Assembly: GCA_963737155.1 (NCBI GenBank)
Contig: CAVTRN010000002.1
Coordinates: 2,144,001-2,208,000, forward strand
Direction: 5' to 3'
Length of the DNA: 64,000 nucleotides
Source of the DNA: Nitrospirota bacterium
Lineage (GTDB): Bacteria; Nitrospirota; UBA9217
Below, in pieces: positions 62,572 through 64,000 of the stretch; position 1 is the stretch's first letter; each line of letters opens with the position of its first letter. The position numbers and the translations under genes were made by a program. A model generated the notes under the pieces. That model had not been told where the DNA came from, did not search any database, and saw only the letters and a program-made list of their open reading frames with translations.

Positions 62572-62689
62572 TTTTCACTTCTTTTCATTACCAAAGATAG
62601 GTGCTCGTTTTCACAGGTTGAAGGGCCTTATTTATCGCGTATCCTCTGCGTTCGTGTTTGTCATTTTTGATTTGCTATTCATCTACTTA

Positions 62690-64000
62690 TTAGTCCTTAT
62701 CGAACAATCCTAGTTGAAGCATCTTCTCACCGGGGAATGGCACCGGATACTCGCCATTGAAACAGGCAGCGCAGTAGTTCATCGGTAGCGGCACGACCTT
62801 TTGTATTCCTTCCATGCTGATGTAACCCAGTGAGTCAGCAGTTATGTATTTTCTGATTTCCTCGATACTGTGCGATGAAGCGATGAGTTCCTGCCGTGTT
62901 GGCATATCGATTCCGTAGAAACAGGGATATGAGGTGGGAGGCGAACTAATCCGCAAGTGGACCTCTGTTGCACCCGCGTTTCTAATCATTTTGATAATCT
63001 TCTTGCTTGTGGTGCCCCTAACAATCGAGTCGTCTACTACAACGACCCGCTTGCCTTTGAGCGCATCTCTGACAGGATTGAGCTTTATTTTGACACCGAA
63101 GTGCCGGATACTCTGCCTTGGTTCAATGAACGTGCGTCCTATATAGTGATTTCTAATGAGTCCCGTGTCAAAGGGGATTCCGGCTTCTTCCGCGTATCCC
63201 AGAGCGGCGGGTACGCCGGAATCTGGAACGGGGATGACGACGTCCGCTACGAGGCCAGTCTCGCGAGCCAGTTGTTTTCCTAAGTTTTTACGAATGGTGT
63301 AGACATTCTGACCGAAAACCATGCTGTCGGGCCGCGCGAAATAGATGAATTCAAATATGCAGTGGGACGGAGCTGCCTGTTTAAACGGGAAGGTTGAATG
63401 AATTCCTTTGTTATTGATCACAACCATTTCACCCGGTGCGATATCCCGGATGTATGTAGCTTCGATAAGATCGAAAGCACAGGTCTCCGAAGCTACCACG
63501 GAGGCGCCGTCGATCTCTCCGAGTGAGAGCGGCCGGAACCCGTGTGGGTCGCGGATGGCTATGAGTTCCTCTTCTGTTATGATAAGCAGACTGTAGGACC
63601 CCTCGACCTGACTGAGAGCGTCTACGATCCGTTCATGTAGTGTTGCTGCCCGTGACTGGGCAATTAGGTGTACGATCACTTCAGTGTCCGTGGTCATGAC
63701 GAAAATGGATCCGTACGCTTCGAGCTCGTCCTTGAGCAAACCCGCATTCACGATGTTCCCGTTATGCGCAACAGCCAGTCCACCCAGGGCGAAGTTAACG
63801 AGGATGGGCTGAATGTTTACAGCGGAACTTTCGCCGGAGGTCGAATACCGGTTGTGTCCGATGGCCGTATGCCCCAATAGTTTTTTGATCCGGTCTTCGG
63901 AGAATATATCTGCCACCAACCCCATCGCCTTTTGGATATGAAGTTTTTTGCCATCAGAAGAAACTATTCCCGCGGACTCCTGGCCACGGTGCTGCAGCGC
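62690..64000 (-). CDS. purF: Amidophosphoribosyltransferase, 5' end beyond the window
   Basis: [11 protein letters not shown] at the edge, [35 protein letters not shown]. Confidence 0.96.
   Translation of the reverse strand, partial: ALQHRGQESAGIVSSDGKKLHIQKAMGLVADIFSEDRIKKLLGHTAIGHNRYSTSGESSAVNIQPILVNFALGGLAVAHNGNIVNAGLLKDELEAYGSIFVMTTDTEVIVHLIAQSRAATLHERIVDALSQVEGSYSLLIITEEELIAIRDPHGFRPLSLGEIDGASVVASETCAFDLIEATYIRDIAPGEMVVINNKGIHSTFPFKQAAPSHCIFEFIYFARPDSMVFGQNVYTIRKNLGKQLARETGLVADVVIPVPDSGVPAALGYAEEAGIPFDTGLIRNHYIGRTFIEPRQSIRHFGVKIKLNPVRDALKGKRVVVVDDSIVRGTTSKKIIKMIRNAGATEVHLRISSPPTSYPCFYGIDMPTRQELIASSHSIEEIRKYITADSLGYISMEGIQKVVPLPMNYCAACFNGEYPVPFPGEKMLQLGLFDKD

Noticed and set aside
62496-62690. 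tRNA-Phe as an integration site
   Set aside because: No duplicated tRNA 3' end or integrase seen; purF follows directly
1-64000. CRISPR array, rRNA or prophage
   Set aside because: No regularly spaced repeats, rRNA signatures or phage structural genes were seen

Overview
A mostly chromosomal housekeeping window from an anaerobic Gram-negative bacterium. Gene content and order suggest Nitrospirota or a Desulfobacterota-like lineage (inference). Core genes include accA, phoH-HD-ybeY-dgkA, cobO, rpmB, truA, a split liv ABC operon, smc, lptFG, coaE, queC, purH, thiE-accCB-efp-pepP-aroQ, 2-oxoacid oxidoreductase beta/gamma, tRNA-Phe and a partial purF. The main accessory features are: (1) a ~1.65 kb element with no terminal inverted repeats, encoding a ~502 aa protein with Rep_trans-like (rolling-circle initiator) motifs plus a wHTH; its left end recurs as an exact 130-bp inverted copy at the window start, and each copy abuts a different, strongly base-paired non-coding segment; (2) an IS607 element (serine recombinase, atypical TnpB, predicted right-end RNA) whose tnpA is interrupted by an IS1380 with a 5-bp target duplication; (3) an unannotated 52-aa candidate membrane selenoprotein with an in-frame TGA followed by a SECIS-like hairpin, between a TlpA thioredoxin and a transglycosylase; (4) two TATGA-N6-TCATA class II promoters suggesting a local Crp/Fnr (HcpR-like) regulon; (5) a Cys/His-rich beta-propeller/ABC/TPR cluster converging on a split CbcL-like heptaheme c plus cytochrome b pair. 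All family assignments come from motif recognition by eye; no searches were run.
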